Counted from the first letter of the stretch, positions 1 through 8,848 are shown. The stretch: 64,000 nucleotides of DNA from Dehalococcoidia bacterium (GCA_965262735.1 CBDHFS010000002.1:1143217-1207216); one strand, 5' to 3'. The notes: generated by a model not told the origin, from the sequence alone. A program made the numbers and translations.

Positions 1-78
1 GGGATGAATCCCCCAACGTAACCCAACCCCCATATTCCGCCATCGGCCCCTCCCCTCTCCTCAAGCCTGAACAGTTAC
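1..78 (+). mobile_element. MITE-like element, right part (truncated by the window edge)
   Basis: Core GGGATGAATCCCCCAACGTAACCCAACCCCCATATTCCGCCATCGGCC...CCTGAACAGTTAC. Confidence 0.8.
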
Positions 79-237
79 TCACCGCCAACCAGCACCCCCC
101 GGCACGCCGGAAGTCCAGCATAGCCGCTACGGGCGGTAATGGTTGACCAGTGGTTGAACCGGACAGGCTAGGTTGGTATTCCGGCCTCGCCGGTAGTATA
201 TACAGCAGGGGTTCAACCTCGGGTTGGTCACAAACCG

Positions 238-267
238 TTGTGAATGCGGCCAAAGCAGTGTTATAAT
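238..267 (+). promoter_or_regulatory. Putative sigma70-type promoter with extended -10 (TTGTGA-N18-TGtTATAAT) upstream of the dehydrogenase gene
   Basis: TTGTGA at 238-243 and TG at 259-260 followed by a perfect TATAAT at 262-267. It lies in a locally AT-rich stretch about 80 nt upstream of the ATG at 348. Confidence 0.45.
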
Positions 268-347
268 ATATATGTAATACTTAGTATACTAATTCATAAT
301 AACGTGGCCTTCCCGCCGACGGGCAAACCACAAGCGAGGTAAGACCA

Positions 348-1418
348 ATGCAGCTATTGAGTGACATGGGACGCTACGGACACGAACAGGTCGCCATGTA
401 TTGCGACCCGGACGCGGGTCTCCGGGCCATCATCGCCATCCACGACACCACCCTCGGCCCGTCCTGCGGCGGCACCCGCATCTGGCCCTACGCCACCGAG
501 GACGATGCCCTCAACGACGCCCTCCGCCTCTCCCGGGCCATGACCTACAAATCGGCGGCGGCCGGGCTTCCCTTGGGCGGCGGCAAGGCGGTCATCATCG
601 CCGATTCCCGCACCCAAAAGACCGAGGCGATGCTCCGGGCCTACGGCCGGTTCGTCGACACCCTCGGTGGCCGCTACCTGACCACCACCGACGTCGGCAG
701 CACCGGACTGGACCTGGAGTTCATTCGGCAGGAGACCCGCCACGTCGTGGGTCTGGCCATTTCCGCCGGCGGCAGCGGCGACACCTCGATTATGACCGGC
801 CTGGGCGTTTACATGGGCATGAAAGCCTGCGCCAAGTCCGTCTGGGGCGACGACTCCCTCGCCGGGCGCAAGATTGCCATGCAGGGCTTCGGCAAGGTGG
901 CCTACAACACCGCCGGTCATCTCCTGGAAGAAAACGCCGCCGTGGTAGCCTGTGACGTTTATCCCGGAGCGGTGGACCGGGCCAGAAGCATGGGCATCAA
1001 GGTGGTGGCGCCCGAGGACATCTACGACGTTGACTGCGACATCTTCTCCCCCAACGCCCTTGGCGGCGTAATCAACGGGGACACCATCCCCCGCCTGCGC
1101 GCCCAAATCGTCGCCGGGGGCGCCAACAACCAACTGCTGACCGACGCCGACGGCGAAAATCTCCAGCGGAGGGGCATCCTATACGCCCCCGACTACGTGA
1201 TTAACGCCGGGGGCATCATCAACGTCGAAGCCGAGCTTGGCGCAGCCTACAACCCGGACCGGGCCAGGGAAAAGACCGAGCGTATCTACGACATCATGGG
1301 ACAGGTCATCGAGGTCTCCACCCGTGAGGAAATCACTACTGCGCAGGCCGCCGACCGCCTGGCCGAACAGCGCATCGCGTCTATAAAAAAGATTCGGGGA
1401 ATCCACCGCGGCGGCTGA
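348..1418 (+). CDS. Leucine/valine/phenylalanine dehydrogenase (Glu/Leu/Phe/Val dehydrogenase family)
   Basis: 356-aa ORF. Catalytic-Lys motif LGGGKAVII and dinucleotide fold QGFGKVAY. GAGG lies about 8 nt upstream of the ATG. Confidence 0.85.
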   Translation: MQLLSDMGRYGHEQVAMYCDPDAGLRAIIAIHDTTLGPSCGGTRIWPYATEDDALNDALRLSRAMTYKSAAAGLPLGGGKAVIIADSRTQKTEAMLRAYGRFVDTLGGRYLTTTDVGSTGLDLEFIRQETRHVVGLAISAGGSGDTSIMTGLGVYMGMKACAKSVWGDDSLAGRKIAMQGFGKVAYNTAGHLLEENAAVVACDVYPGAVDRARSMGIKVVAPEDIYDVDCDIFSPNALGGVINGDTIPRLRAQIVAGGANNQLLTDADGENLQRRGILYAPDYVINAGGIINVEAELGAAYNPDRAREKTERIYDIMGQVIEVSTREEITTAQAADRLAEQRIASIKKIRGIHRGG

Positions 1419-1480
1419 CCCACCCCGGTTCCATGGAGGTCTTCACGCAACCGGTTTCTCCTCATACTTCAGTAACCATA

Positions 1481-1522
1481 GCAGCGGGAAGTTCAGGCAT
1501 GAGTACCTGAACTTCCCGCTGC
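1481..1522. terminator. Perfect 17-bp stem hairpin between convergent genes (possible bidirectional terminator, no U-tract)
   Basis: GCAGCGGGAAGTTCAGG (1481-1497), loop CATGAGTA, CCTGAACTTCCCGCTGC (1506-1522). Confidence 0.4.
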
Positions 1523-1532
1523 AACTTTCGAT

Positions 1533-1703
1533 GTAACAGTTCAGAGTTGGTGAGGTAAATTGGTTTCAGCCAAGGCTTGCCGGCAACTGCCAATTGTTTC
1601 CAGGGGGTTTGGGGCAGGGGGCTTGGATGATTTATCCCCCAACGTAACCCAACCCCATATTCCGCCATCGGCCACTCCCCTCCCCTCAAACCTGAGCAGT
1701 TAC
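1533..1703 (+). mobile_element. MITE-like element (long subfamily, 171 bp)
   Basis: Inverted-repeat ends GTAACAGTTCAG../..CTGAGCAGTTAC. Flanking duplication CTTTCGAT at 1525-1532 and 1704-1711. Confidence 0.85.
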
Positions 1704-1723
1704 CTTTCGATGTATCCGGGTCC

Positions 1724-2662
1724 CTAGACCAGCGTCAGGGTAGAAGCGGGAAATAACTCTTCAGGATCGACCTTCTCAGGGATTACTCCTTGCTCGACGT
1801 TGAATCGGGCGAAGGTTTCCAGCGTCTTGCGGGAACTCTCGAACCCATAAGGGATCGGATCATCCCCCACTACGTCAGCCATTTTCAGCAAGGCGCGGTC
1901 CGCCTGGCTTAGATGTTCGCCAGAGCGCAGGCGCTCGATGTAGTGGGTCTTGGCCGTCTTGAACACGTCGAACAACTCTCGCTCAAGGCCCGGATTCGAC
2001 TCCAGCTGCGCGTTCTTGACCACCAGCATGTGGCTTATGGGATAGATTCCGGTCTTGCGGTGCCAGGCGGCGTCAGCCGTGTCCGGCTCCGAGAACAGGG
2101 GTTGGACGTCAGGCGAGTCGACTGGTCCCGCGCCAATGGCGGCGTCTATCTCTCCGGAGAGCAGCATTTCCCCCAGGTCGTTGTTGGGGGACGACACCAC
2201 GTTTGGTGGCGCGACGAATTCGGCGACGTGTTCATCGCCGGACAGGACCCAGGTTACGGCTTCCAGGTCCACACCATACTCGGTTTGCAGGATGCCCCGT
2301 GTCCAAACCCCGGGAGTAAGCGTGTAGCTGCGCAGCCCTACCTTCCGCCCTTCCAGGTCTTTGGGTGACGTGATTCCACTGCGTGTATTATATACCAGCC
2401 CTCCGTGGTAGAAGGCGCGAGTCAAGAAGACCGGTATTCCGGTAAAGGGCTTCCCGTGGGCGCGGGCACACATGTACGTCGAGAGGGCCATCTCCGCAAC
2501 ATCGAACTCCAGACCGCGCACCATGCGCCGGAAAATGCTGACCACCGGGGACACTTCGATATGTTCCATGCCAAACATCTTCGAAGCTATGGTCCCGTCC
2601 TTCAACGGTGTCGTGTGGCCGTAGCTGCCCACGGCTGTACGCAATACCAAGTCTGTCATCAT
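1724..2662 (-). CDS. 4,5-dihydroxyphthalate decarboxylase-like protein (PhtD/NMT1-type binding-protein fold)
   Basis: 312-aa ORF. The segment IFRRMVRGLEFDVAEMALSTYMCARAHGKPFTGIPVFLTRAFYHGG matches my recollection of PhtD-type decarboxylases. Confidence 0.6.
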   Translation of the reverse strand: MMTDLVLRTAVGSYGHTTPLKDGTIASKMFGMEHIEVSPVVSIFRRMVRGLEFDVAEMALSTYMCARAHGKPFTGIPVFLTRAFYHGGLVYNTRSGITSPKDLEGRKVGLRSYTLTPGVWTRGILQTEYGVDLEAVTWVLSGDEHVAEFVAPPNVVSSPNNDLGEMLLSGEIDAAIGAGPVDSPDVQPLFSEPDTADAAWHRKTGIYPISHMLVVKNAQLESNPGLERELFDVFKTAKTHYIERLRSGEHLSQADRALLKMADVVGDDPIPYGFESSRKTLETFARFNVEQGVIPEKVDPEELFPASTLTLV

Positions 2663-2824
2663 CTCTATCTCCCGGTAGCTATCTCCTGCCGGTCACAGCC
2701 CAACAACAAGCTACTCCTGTTACCGCCGGTTGGCAACACTCACCGTGGGACCGACAGGGTCTTTTACAGGCAGGGTATTTTAATTGTTCCCCGTCATCCC
2801 TCCGGCAAGTTCAGCGCTGCATTG

Positions 2825-2899
2825 CCAGACCACCCCAATTCAGGGGGTTTGGGGGATGAATCCCCCAACGTAGCCCCATACCCCGAAAATCAAAAGACC
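2825..2899 (+). repeat. 75-bp core-containing repeat (subfamily shared with 52365-52439)
   Basis: ACCCCAATTCAGGGGGTTTGGGGGATGAATCCCCCAACGTRGCCCC..CCCGRAAAATCAAAAGACC. Confidence 0.8.
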
Positions 2900-3019
2900 T
2901 TATTTAACTCCGTGCCCGGCTTGCCGCCGTGCCCTTCTGCCCTGTAAGCTTGAAACCGCCCCGTTCATCGGACGCACCCGCCGACGGAGCCAAATCTCAA
3001 CCATTCTGAAGGAGCCGCC

Positions 3020-4690
3020 ATGCCCAACCTCAATGGAGGTCATCTTTTTATCCGCTGCCTCAAGCAAGAAGGCATCCAGAAAATATTCACCATCGTCGGC
3101 GACACAATTCTCCCCCTGGTGGACGCTGCCGCCGACGAGGGCATCGAGTTTATCGATGTCCGGCACGAAGGCGCGGCGATGCACATGGCCGACGGCTACG
3201 CCCGCATCACCGGCCAACCCGCCGTCGCCATGTTCACCGGCGGGCCCGGCTTCGCCAACGCCATCTCCGGCCTGCCGGCCATCTACACCTCCGAAAGCCC
3301 GGTGATTTTCGTGGCCGGCTCTGCGGAGCTGCCGGAAAAGGGCATGACAACCTTCCAGGAAATTGACCAGGTGAGCATGGCCGCTCCCGTCACCAAGGGT
3401 TCGTGGCTCATTCATGACCGCCGCCGCATCCCCGAGTACGTCGCCACCGCCTTCCGCACCGCCATGTCCGGGCGGCCCGGCCCGGTACACCTGACCCTGC
3501 CCATAGACATACAGGAGCAGGCCGTATCCGAGGAAGAGCTTCCTCCCTACCTGCCGCGCGAGTACCGCAACATGGGTCGCTCCCAGGGCGACGCCGCCCT
3601 GATTGACGAGGCCGCCTCGCTGCTGACCAACGCCCGCCGCCCGGTGATTATCGTCGGCAACCCGGCCCGATACTCCGTCGCTCCCGAGCAACTAGAAGCG
3701 TTGGTCGAGGCCACCGGCGTCCCCATCTTCACCGTCGAGCAGGCCCGGGGCCTGATAGACGACCAGCATCCCCTATGCTTCGGGTACGCCGACGGCGCGC
3801 TGAACCGGGCCGCCCGCAAGTTCCGCGAGGCCGACGTGGTGCTCCTGCTGGGCAAACGTCTGGACCACCGCTACCGCTACGGACAGATTTTCGACACCGA
3901 CGCCAAGCTGATTCAGGCCGACCCGTCGGAGGCCGAAATCGGCCGCAACCGGGGCGTCGCCGTCGGACTGCTGGGCGACCTGGGCGCCATCACCGAGCAA
4001 TTGACCGCTGCCGCGTCCCATAAAGGCAAGGCCAGCGTGGACGCCTGGGTGGCCGAGATTAAGCAGGAACAGGACGCCTGGCTGGAAGAACTTCGGGGAC
4101 ACGCCAAGGGCGAAGCGCCGCTCCATCCCCTGGACGTTTACACCCGGCTGGAAGGGTTGATTGACGACGACACCTTCATCGTCATGGACGGCGGCGACTA
4201 CGTTCAGTGGGCCCGGTCCTACCTGCCAGCCCGCAAGCCCGGCCATTTCATCCGCCTGGGGCCCCTGAGCCACCTGGGCGCCGGCATCCCCTACGGCATG
4301 GCCGCCAAGCTGGCATCCCCCCGCAGCAAGGTAATCGTGCTGTGCGGCGATGGCTCCTTCGGCTTTTACACCATGGAATACGACACCTGCCTGCGCCACA
4401 ACCTGCCCATCACCGTCGTTATGGGCAACGACTCCAACTGGGGCATAGACAAGACCTTCCAACTGGCCTACTACAACCGGGCCGTCGGCACCGACCTTCA
4501 ATTCCGCCGCTACGACCGGGTGGTCGAAGCTCTGGGCGGACACGCGGAGTTTGTCGAGAATGCCGAAGACTTGATTCCTGCGGTAGATCGGGCAATCAAC
4601 TCCGGCCTGCCGTCGCTGGTCAACGTGGTGGTCAAGCCCGGCGCCAGCCCTCTGGCCGACGCCATGATTACCCGCAGGACCGGCCGGTAG
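3020..4690 (+). CDS. Thiamine-diphosphate-dependent enzyme, acetolactate synthase large-subunit-like
   Basis: 556 aa. N-terminal Pyr domain (HEGAAMHMADGYAR) and C-terminal ThDP motif GDGSFGF...GNDSNWG. Confidence 0.8.
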   Translation: MPNLNGGHLFIRCLKQEGIQKIFTIVGDTILPLVDAAADEGIEFIDVRHEGAAMHMADGYARITGQPAVAMFTGGPGFANAISGLPAIYTSESPVIFVAGSAELPEKGMTTFQEIDQVSMAAPVTKGSWLIHDRRRIPEYVATAFRTAMSGRPGPVHLTLPIDIQEQAVSEEELPPYLPREYRNMGRSQGDAALIDEAASLLTNARRPVIIVGNPARYSVAPEQLEALVEATGVPIFTVEQARGLIDDQHPLCFGYADGALNRAARKFREADVVLLLGKRLDHRYRYGQIFDTDAKLIQADPSEAEIGRNRGVAVGLLGDLGAITEQLTAAASHKGKASVDAWVAEIKQEQDAWLEELRGHAKGEAPLHPLDVYTRLEGLIDDDTFIVMDGGDYVQWARSYLPARKPGHFIRLGPLSHLGAGIPYGMAAKLASPRSKVIVLCGDGSFGFYTMEYDTCLRHNLPITVVMGNDSNWGIDKTFQLAYYNRAVGTDLQFRRYDRVVEALGGHAEFVENAEDLIPAVDRAINSGLPSLVNVVVKPGASPLADAMITRRTGR

Positions 4691-4738
4691 CGCTGCCTGT
4701 AAATCCGTTCATTCTCAGGTTCTCCAAGGACTTCCTTA

Positions 4739-4772
4739 TCCAGGGGGTTTGGGGGATGAATCCCCCAACGCA
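4739..4772 (+). repeat. Solo G5/C5 hairpin core repeat
   Basis: TCCAGGGGGTTTGGGGGATGAATCCCCCAACG. Confidence 0.85.
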
Positions 4773-4878
4773 CCCCATCCAAAAACAACGCCGGGCGCTG
4801 CATTAACCCGCACCCGGCGCAACTGTTTTCTGTATGGTGGATGCGGACCCGCGGGTCCGCACACCCGCCCATATCCGG

Positions 4879-6513
4879 CTACTCCAGCAGGAACCCCTCG
4901 TAACCGTTGGCTGCCACGTCCAGCCGCTTGGCCCGCATCACTGGAGCGGCGTCCGGGCTGGTCAGCAAGGCCCGCGCCTTGCCGGGAATGTTCGCCCCAA
5001 CGAACCACGAGTTAGCCTGCGAGCGCAGCAGCTTCGACCCTTCTTCGTTGACGTGGTTGACCCAATCGTCCTCCGCCTGAAGCGTAGGCGAAATACGGAC
5101 ATACTCGTTGTCCCGCACGTAGCGGATGCACTCCGTTACCCATTCCACCAACGGCTCGGCGGCCCGCACGAAGTTGCCCACCGAGGCGGCGTTGATGGTG
5201 AACATATTGGGGAAGCCCGCGCTCTGGATTCCCATGTAAGTGCGCGGGCCGCCGGCGAACTTCTCCTTCAACGACTGCCCGCCGGCACCGCGGATGTCAA
5301 TGCGGTTCAACGACCCGGTTACGGCGTCGTACCCCGTGGCAAAGATGATGACATCCAGCTCGTACTCGGCCTCCGTGGTCTTGAGGCCGGTGGGGGTTAT
5401 ACGCTCGATGGGAGCCTTTTTGACGTCTACCAGCAGCACGTTGTCCCGGTTGTAGACCTCGTAGTACCCGCTCTCGCAGGGCAGGCGCTTGGAACCGAAC
5501 ATGTGATCCTTGGGGGCCAGCATTTCCGCCACCACCGGGTCGTGGACCCGATCGCGAATCTTGTTGCGCACAAACTCCGCATAGTCCTCGTTGGCCTCTC
5601 CGGGCAGCATCACGTCGTAGAAATTGGACAGCCACTTCTTGAAACCCGGCTCCGCCCACAGGTTTTCGTACTGTTCCAGCCGTTCTTCCTCAGAGACTTC
5701 CAAGGCCGAGCGGGGGTCGAACTGATGAACAAAAGACCCCGCCGTCTCGCTGCACTTCTTGAAAATCTCCGGGTAATTGGCTTTGATTTCCCGCTGCATC
5801 TCATCGGAAATGGGGCCGTTCCGCAGCGGCGCGCAGTAGTTGGCCGTCCGCTGGAAAACCGTAAGGTGTCCCACCTCTTTGGCTATCTCGGTAATCAACT
5901 GCACTGCGGTAGCTCCGGTGCCGATCACCCCCACCCGCTTGCCGGCCAGGTCCATGCCTTCCTTCGGCCATCGTCCCGTGTGACACCAAGCGCCTTGGTA
6001 GGTGTCCAAACCCTCGAAATCCGGCACGTAGAACGCCGACAGCAAGCCAACCGCCGTCACCAGGAACGGCGCCCGGGCCTTGTGCCCGTCTTGAATCTCC
6101 ACCAGCCAGGTGTTCCGGTCTTCCTCAAAGGAACAGACCGCGACCCGCGAGTTGAACCGCATATCCCGCCGCAGGTCGAACTTGTCGGCGACATAATTCA
6201 GGTAACGCTCGTTTTCGGGCTGACCGGAGTAAAGCTCCTTCCAGTCCCATTCCTGGAGCAACTCCTCGGAGAAGGAATACCCATAGGTGTAGCTCTCCGA
6301 GTCGAAGCGCGCGCCGGGATAGCGGTTCCAGTACCACGTTCCGCCGACGCCGCTGCCATCTTCAAAGACCCGGACCGACATCCCCAACTGACGGAGACAA
6401 TGAAGCTGGTAAAGCCCGGTCACCCCGGCGCCGATGACGATTGCGTCAAACTGTTCAACCCCATCTTCGGGCGCGGCCCCGTTAGTCTGCGTATGCTGCG
6501 CTGAATTCACCAT
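4879..6513 (-). CDS. Baeyer-Villiger (type I flavin) monooxygenase
   Basis: 544 aa. FAD fold GAGVTG, GGTWYWNRYPGARFD, and BVMO fingerprint FEGLDTYQGAWCHTGRWP. Confidence 0.85.
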   Translation of the reverse strand: MVNSAQHTQTNGAAPEDGVEQFDAIVIGAGVTGLYQLHCLRQLGMSVRVFEDGSGVGGTWYWNRYPGARFDSESYTYGYSFSEELLQEWDWKELYSGQPENERYLNYVADKFDLRRDMRFNSRVAVCSFEEDRNTWLVEIQDGHKARAPFLVTAVGLLSAFYVPDFEGLDTYQGAWCHTGRWPKEGMDLAGKRVGVIGTGATAVQLITEIAKEVGHLTVFQRTANYCAPLRNGPISDEMQREIKANYPEIFKKCSETAGSFVHQFDPRSALEVSEEERLEQYENLWAEPGFKKWLSNFYDVMLPGEANEDYAEFVRNKIRDRVHDPVVAEMLAPKDHMFGSKRLPCESGYYEVYNRDNVLLVDVKKAPIERITPTGLKTTEAEYELDVIIFATGYDAVTGSLNRIDIRGAGGQSLKEKFAGGPRTYMGIQSAGFPNMFTINAASVGNFVRAAEPLVEWVTECIRYVRDNEYVRISPTLQAEDDWVNHVNEEGSKLLRSQANSWFVGANIPGKARALLTSPDAAPVMRAKRLDVAANGYEGFLLE

Positions 6514-6614
6514 AAAGCTCTCCTTTAAGGCGTTTGGGACACCATAACAACAATCCCAGCCGGCCCGGAGTACCCATTTAACGTCCGGCCCGGTACTGCC
6601 GAAAGACTTCCTAA

Positions 6615-6652
6615 TTCAGGGGGTCTGGGGGATGAATCCCCCTACGTACCCC
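6615..6652 (+). repeat. Solo hairpin core repeat
   Basis: TTCAGGGGGTCTGGGGGATGAATCCCCCTACG. Confidence 0.8.
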
Positions 6653-6712
6653 ACCCGTTCTACCCGGGGCCCCTCAAAGGACTTCCCTTCTCAAAGCCAT
6701 CATAACCCCAGT

Positions 6713-6901
6713 CTACTCCCCGTCCAAGTCCGAAGTGTCATCGCTGTGGGAGCCGCGGAGGACGCAATGCCCGCACCGGCGGCAGACCGGATGCAAGTTA
6801 TTGTACTGCGGATGCCGTATGGTACAAAACCCTGCATCCGCATCCTGGCAGCGGGGGCACCCCTCACAGTACCGCCCACCGGCCCCCTGCGAAAGCCGCA
6901 T
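6713..6901 (-). CDS. Candidate small Cys-rich protein (two CxxCxxC clusters), hypothetical
   Basis: 62-aa sub-ORF MRLSQGAGGRYCEGCPRCQDADAGFC...VCRRCGHCVL, on the same strand as its flanking genes. The GGAG abuts the ATG, which is poor spacing. Confidence 0.25.
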   Translation of the reverse strand: MRLSQGAGGRYCEGCPRCQDADAGFCTIRHPQYNNLHPVCRRCGHCVLRGSHSDDTSDLDGE

Positions 6902-6974
6902 CTCCTGTTCCGGCAGCGTGGTAACGTTACTAAACGCGCCTTGTTCGCCCCAAGACTCTCGCAAAATTCCCTTA

Positions 6975-7010
6975 TCCAGGGGGTTTGGGGGATTCATCCC
7001 CCACCATAAC
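6975..7010 (+). repeat. Solo hairpin core repeat (loop flipped to TTCA)
   Basis: TCCAGGGGGTTTGGGGGATTCATCCCCCACC. Confidence 0.8.
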
Positions 7011-7052
7011 CCACCCCATTCGTTCCGGGGATCTCCAAGTCCCAATAATTCC

Positions 7053-8057
7053 TTACTCGACGACCACTGCCTCATCCAGCAACACCCCTCCCTCGCTGTA
7101 TGCCCGGGAAATCGGGTCCCGCAGCAGCGCCGCCTGCACCAACTCCACCGGAACGGTTCTGGGCGTGCCGGGGACCGTCACCCGGCGCAGGACCCGCCGC
7201 GGGGCCACCACCCCTTCGGCAGCGTTATGTTGGGCCTGCCCGCGCTGTCCCGACGGCGGCAGGGCCATCTCAACCCGTATCCGTGAGTCCCCATCGGCGG
7301 CGCCGGGGAGCAGTCGGCTCAACGTCGTTGCCGTGGACGCCGCCCATCCGGCCTGGGAAAGCGGAAACGGCGGAGACACCCAACCCTGGGAACTGTGCCC
7401 CGCCAGCAAAATCCACCGGCTGGTGCGGGTAAGGTTCCCGCACTCAATGGACACCTTGGTCTCGCCCTCACTCTCCATGCCGCCGTCGGCGTTGAACTCC
7501 TTGGTGTCTAGCAGATATTGCCCGTGTACCGTCCCCGCAGGTATCGGCGGCAGCAGACCGGACAACTCCGGATCCCCGGTAACATTCGCGTCGGCAGCCG
7601 CCAACGCCGTTATCTCACCGGAGCTCCACTGCACCTCGTCTTCAACCTCAATGGAGCCTTTGGTCATCGCCTGTCCCACCGGGCAGAACCGCGCGGCCCG
7701 GTGCAGGCGCAGCCGCTCGTTTTCCGACAGGTTTCCTTTCAGCGTAACCAGCTCCCGCACACCAAAACCGGCCCCATAGGACCGCTCCACCGGCTCCACT
7801 TGGAAGTCAACCGCAATGTCCTCCAGGGGAATACCACCGCGGTAGGCCACGCCCACCAGCGTAACGACGGTTCAAGCGGCCCATGCGGCCACCGACAGGT
7901 AGGGCGGCGGTGGTCCCGCCATGTCTGCATCCTCGTTGACGATGCCCGTAACCATTGGCCACGGCCCCCGCTGTCCGGGGGCCGCGCCGATGACCGTCAT
8001 CACCGACTGCCCATCCAGAGCCGTTGCCACGATGTTCCGTTCCGGCAATTCAGCCAT
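7053..8057 (-). CDS. Tandem OsmC/Ohr-family protein with in-frame TGA at 7872-7874 (candidate selenocysteine; alternatively a pseudogene)
   Basis: ORFs 7872..8084 and 7053..7856 are in the same frame and separated only by one TGA. The context PPPYLSVAAWAA-TGA-TVVTLVGVA puts the TGA where OsmC carries its first conserved Cys. The second motif AARFCPVGQ is present. GGGGGA lies 5 nt upstream of the ATG at 8057. Confidence 0.55.
7841..7857 (-). promoter_or_regulatory. Candidate bacterial SECIS-like hairpin 14 nt downstream of the in-frame UGA
   Basis: The mRNA reads GGUGGG-CGUGG-CCUACC, a 6-bp stem including one G.U pair with a G-containing 5-nt apical loop. Folded by eye only. Confidence 0.3.
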
Positions 8058-8087
8058 CAATCCCCCGCTCAACCTGAGCTGCATTTA

Positions 8088-8121
8088 TCCCGGGGATTTG
8101 GGGGATAAATCCCCCAACGTA
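8088..8121 (+). repeat. Solo hairpin core repeat (loop TAAA)
   Basis: TCCCGGGGATTTGGGGGATAAATCCCCCAACGTA. Confidence 0.75.
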
Positions 8122-8156
8122 CCCCCCGGTTCATCCCGGGTCCCTCGAAAGACTGC

Positions 8157-8657
8157 CTAACCCCGCGCGTACTCCGCAATCTCGGCATCCCAAGGCCCAG
8201 ACAAGCGGCCCTTGGCCACGCCGACGCCGCCAATGACGTACTCTCCCTCGGCGTTGCCCCACTCCGCTCGCGGCATCTCATAGGACAATTCTATCCCGTT
8301 GCCATCCGGGTCATGGATGTAGATACCGATGGAATGGCCGTGGTCGGAAACCCGCTCAATCGGAATGTTCCGCTCCTTAACGCGGTGGTACAGCTCCTTC
8401 AGGTCGTCCAGACTGTCCATGTACCAGGCCATGTGATTCAGGCCCACCTGCCCCCGCTGCGGCCCCATCGCGTCGTCGCCCACCTGGGTCAGGGCAATTT
8501 CATGGGAGTTGCCCGGATCGGCGGTCATAAACGCGGCCCGGCCCGGCGTAAACCCGTAGGTGGTCAGACCCAGCAGGTCCTCGTACCACTCCCGGGACCG
8601 TTCAGCGTTGCGCACGAAGAGGTTAATGTGTCCCAGACCCCGTGGCTTGTAACTCAT
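8157..8657 (-). CDS. VOC family protein (glyoxalase/extradiol dioxygenase fold)
   Basis: 166 aa. GLGHINLFVRN...HEIAL...GLNHMAW...GIYIHDPDGNGIEL. Confidence 0.8.
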   Translation of the reverse strand: MSYKPRGLGHINLFVRNAERSREWYEDLLGLTTYGFTPGRAAFMTADPGNSHEIALTQVGDDAMGPQRGQVGLNHMAWYMDSLDDLKELYHRVKERNIPIERVSDHGHSIGIYIHDPDGNGIELSYEMPRAEWGNAEGEYVIGGVGVAKGRLSGPWDAEIAEYARG

Positions 8658-8703
8658 AATCTTCCTCCTTCAACTTCCCGTAGACCAGATTCGCCTGGGG
8701 AAC

Positions 8704-8848
8704 GTAACAGTTCAGACTTGGTGAGATGAATTGGTTTCAGCCAACTGCCACTTTTTTCCAGGGGGTTTGGGGGATGAATCCCCCAACGTAACCCAACCCC
8801 CATATTCCGCCATCGGCCACGCCCATCCCCTCAACTCTGAACTGTTAC
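8704..8848 (+). mobile_element. MITE-like element (short subfamily, 145 bp)
   Basis: Inverted-repeat ends GTAACAGTTCAG../..CTGAACTGTTAC. GGGGAAC occurs on both flanks, offset by 1 nt. Confidence 0.85.

Noticed and set aside
4834-6504. 556-aa plus-strand ORF.
   Set aside because: It lies antisense to the Baeyer-Villiger monooxygenase, which has clear FAD/NADP and BVMO fingerprint motifs. The plus-strand product has no recognisable motifs.
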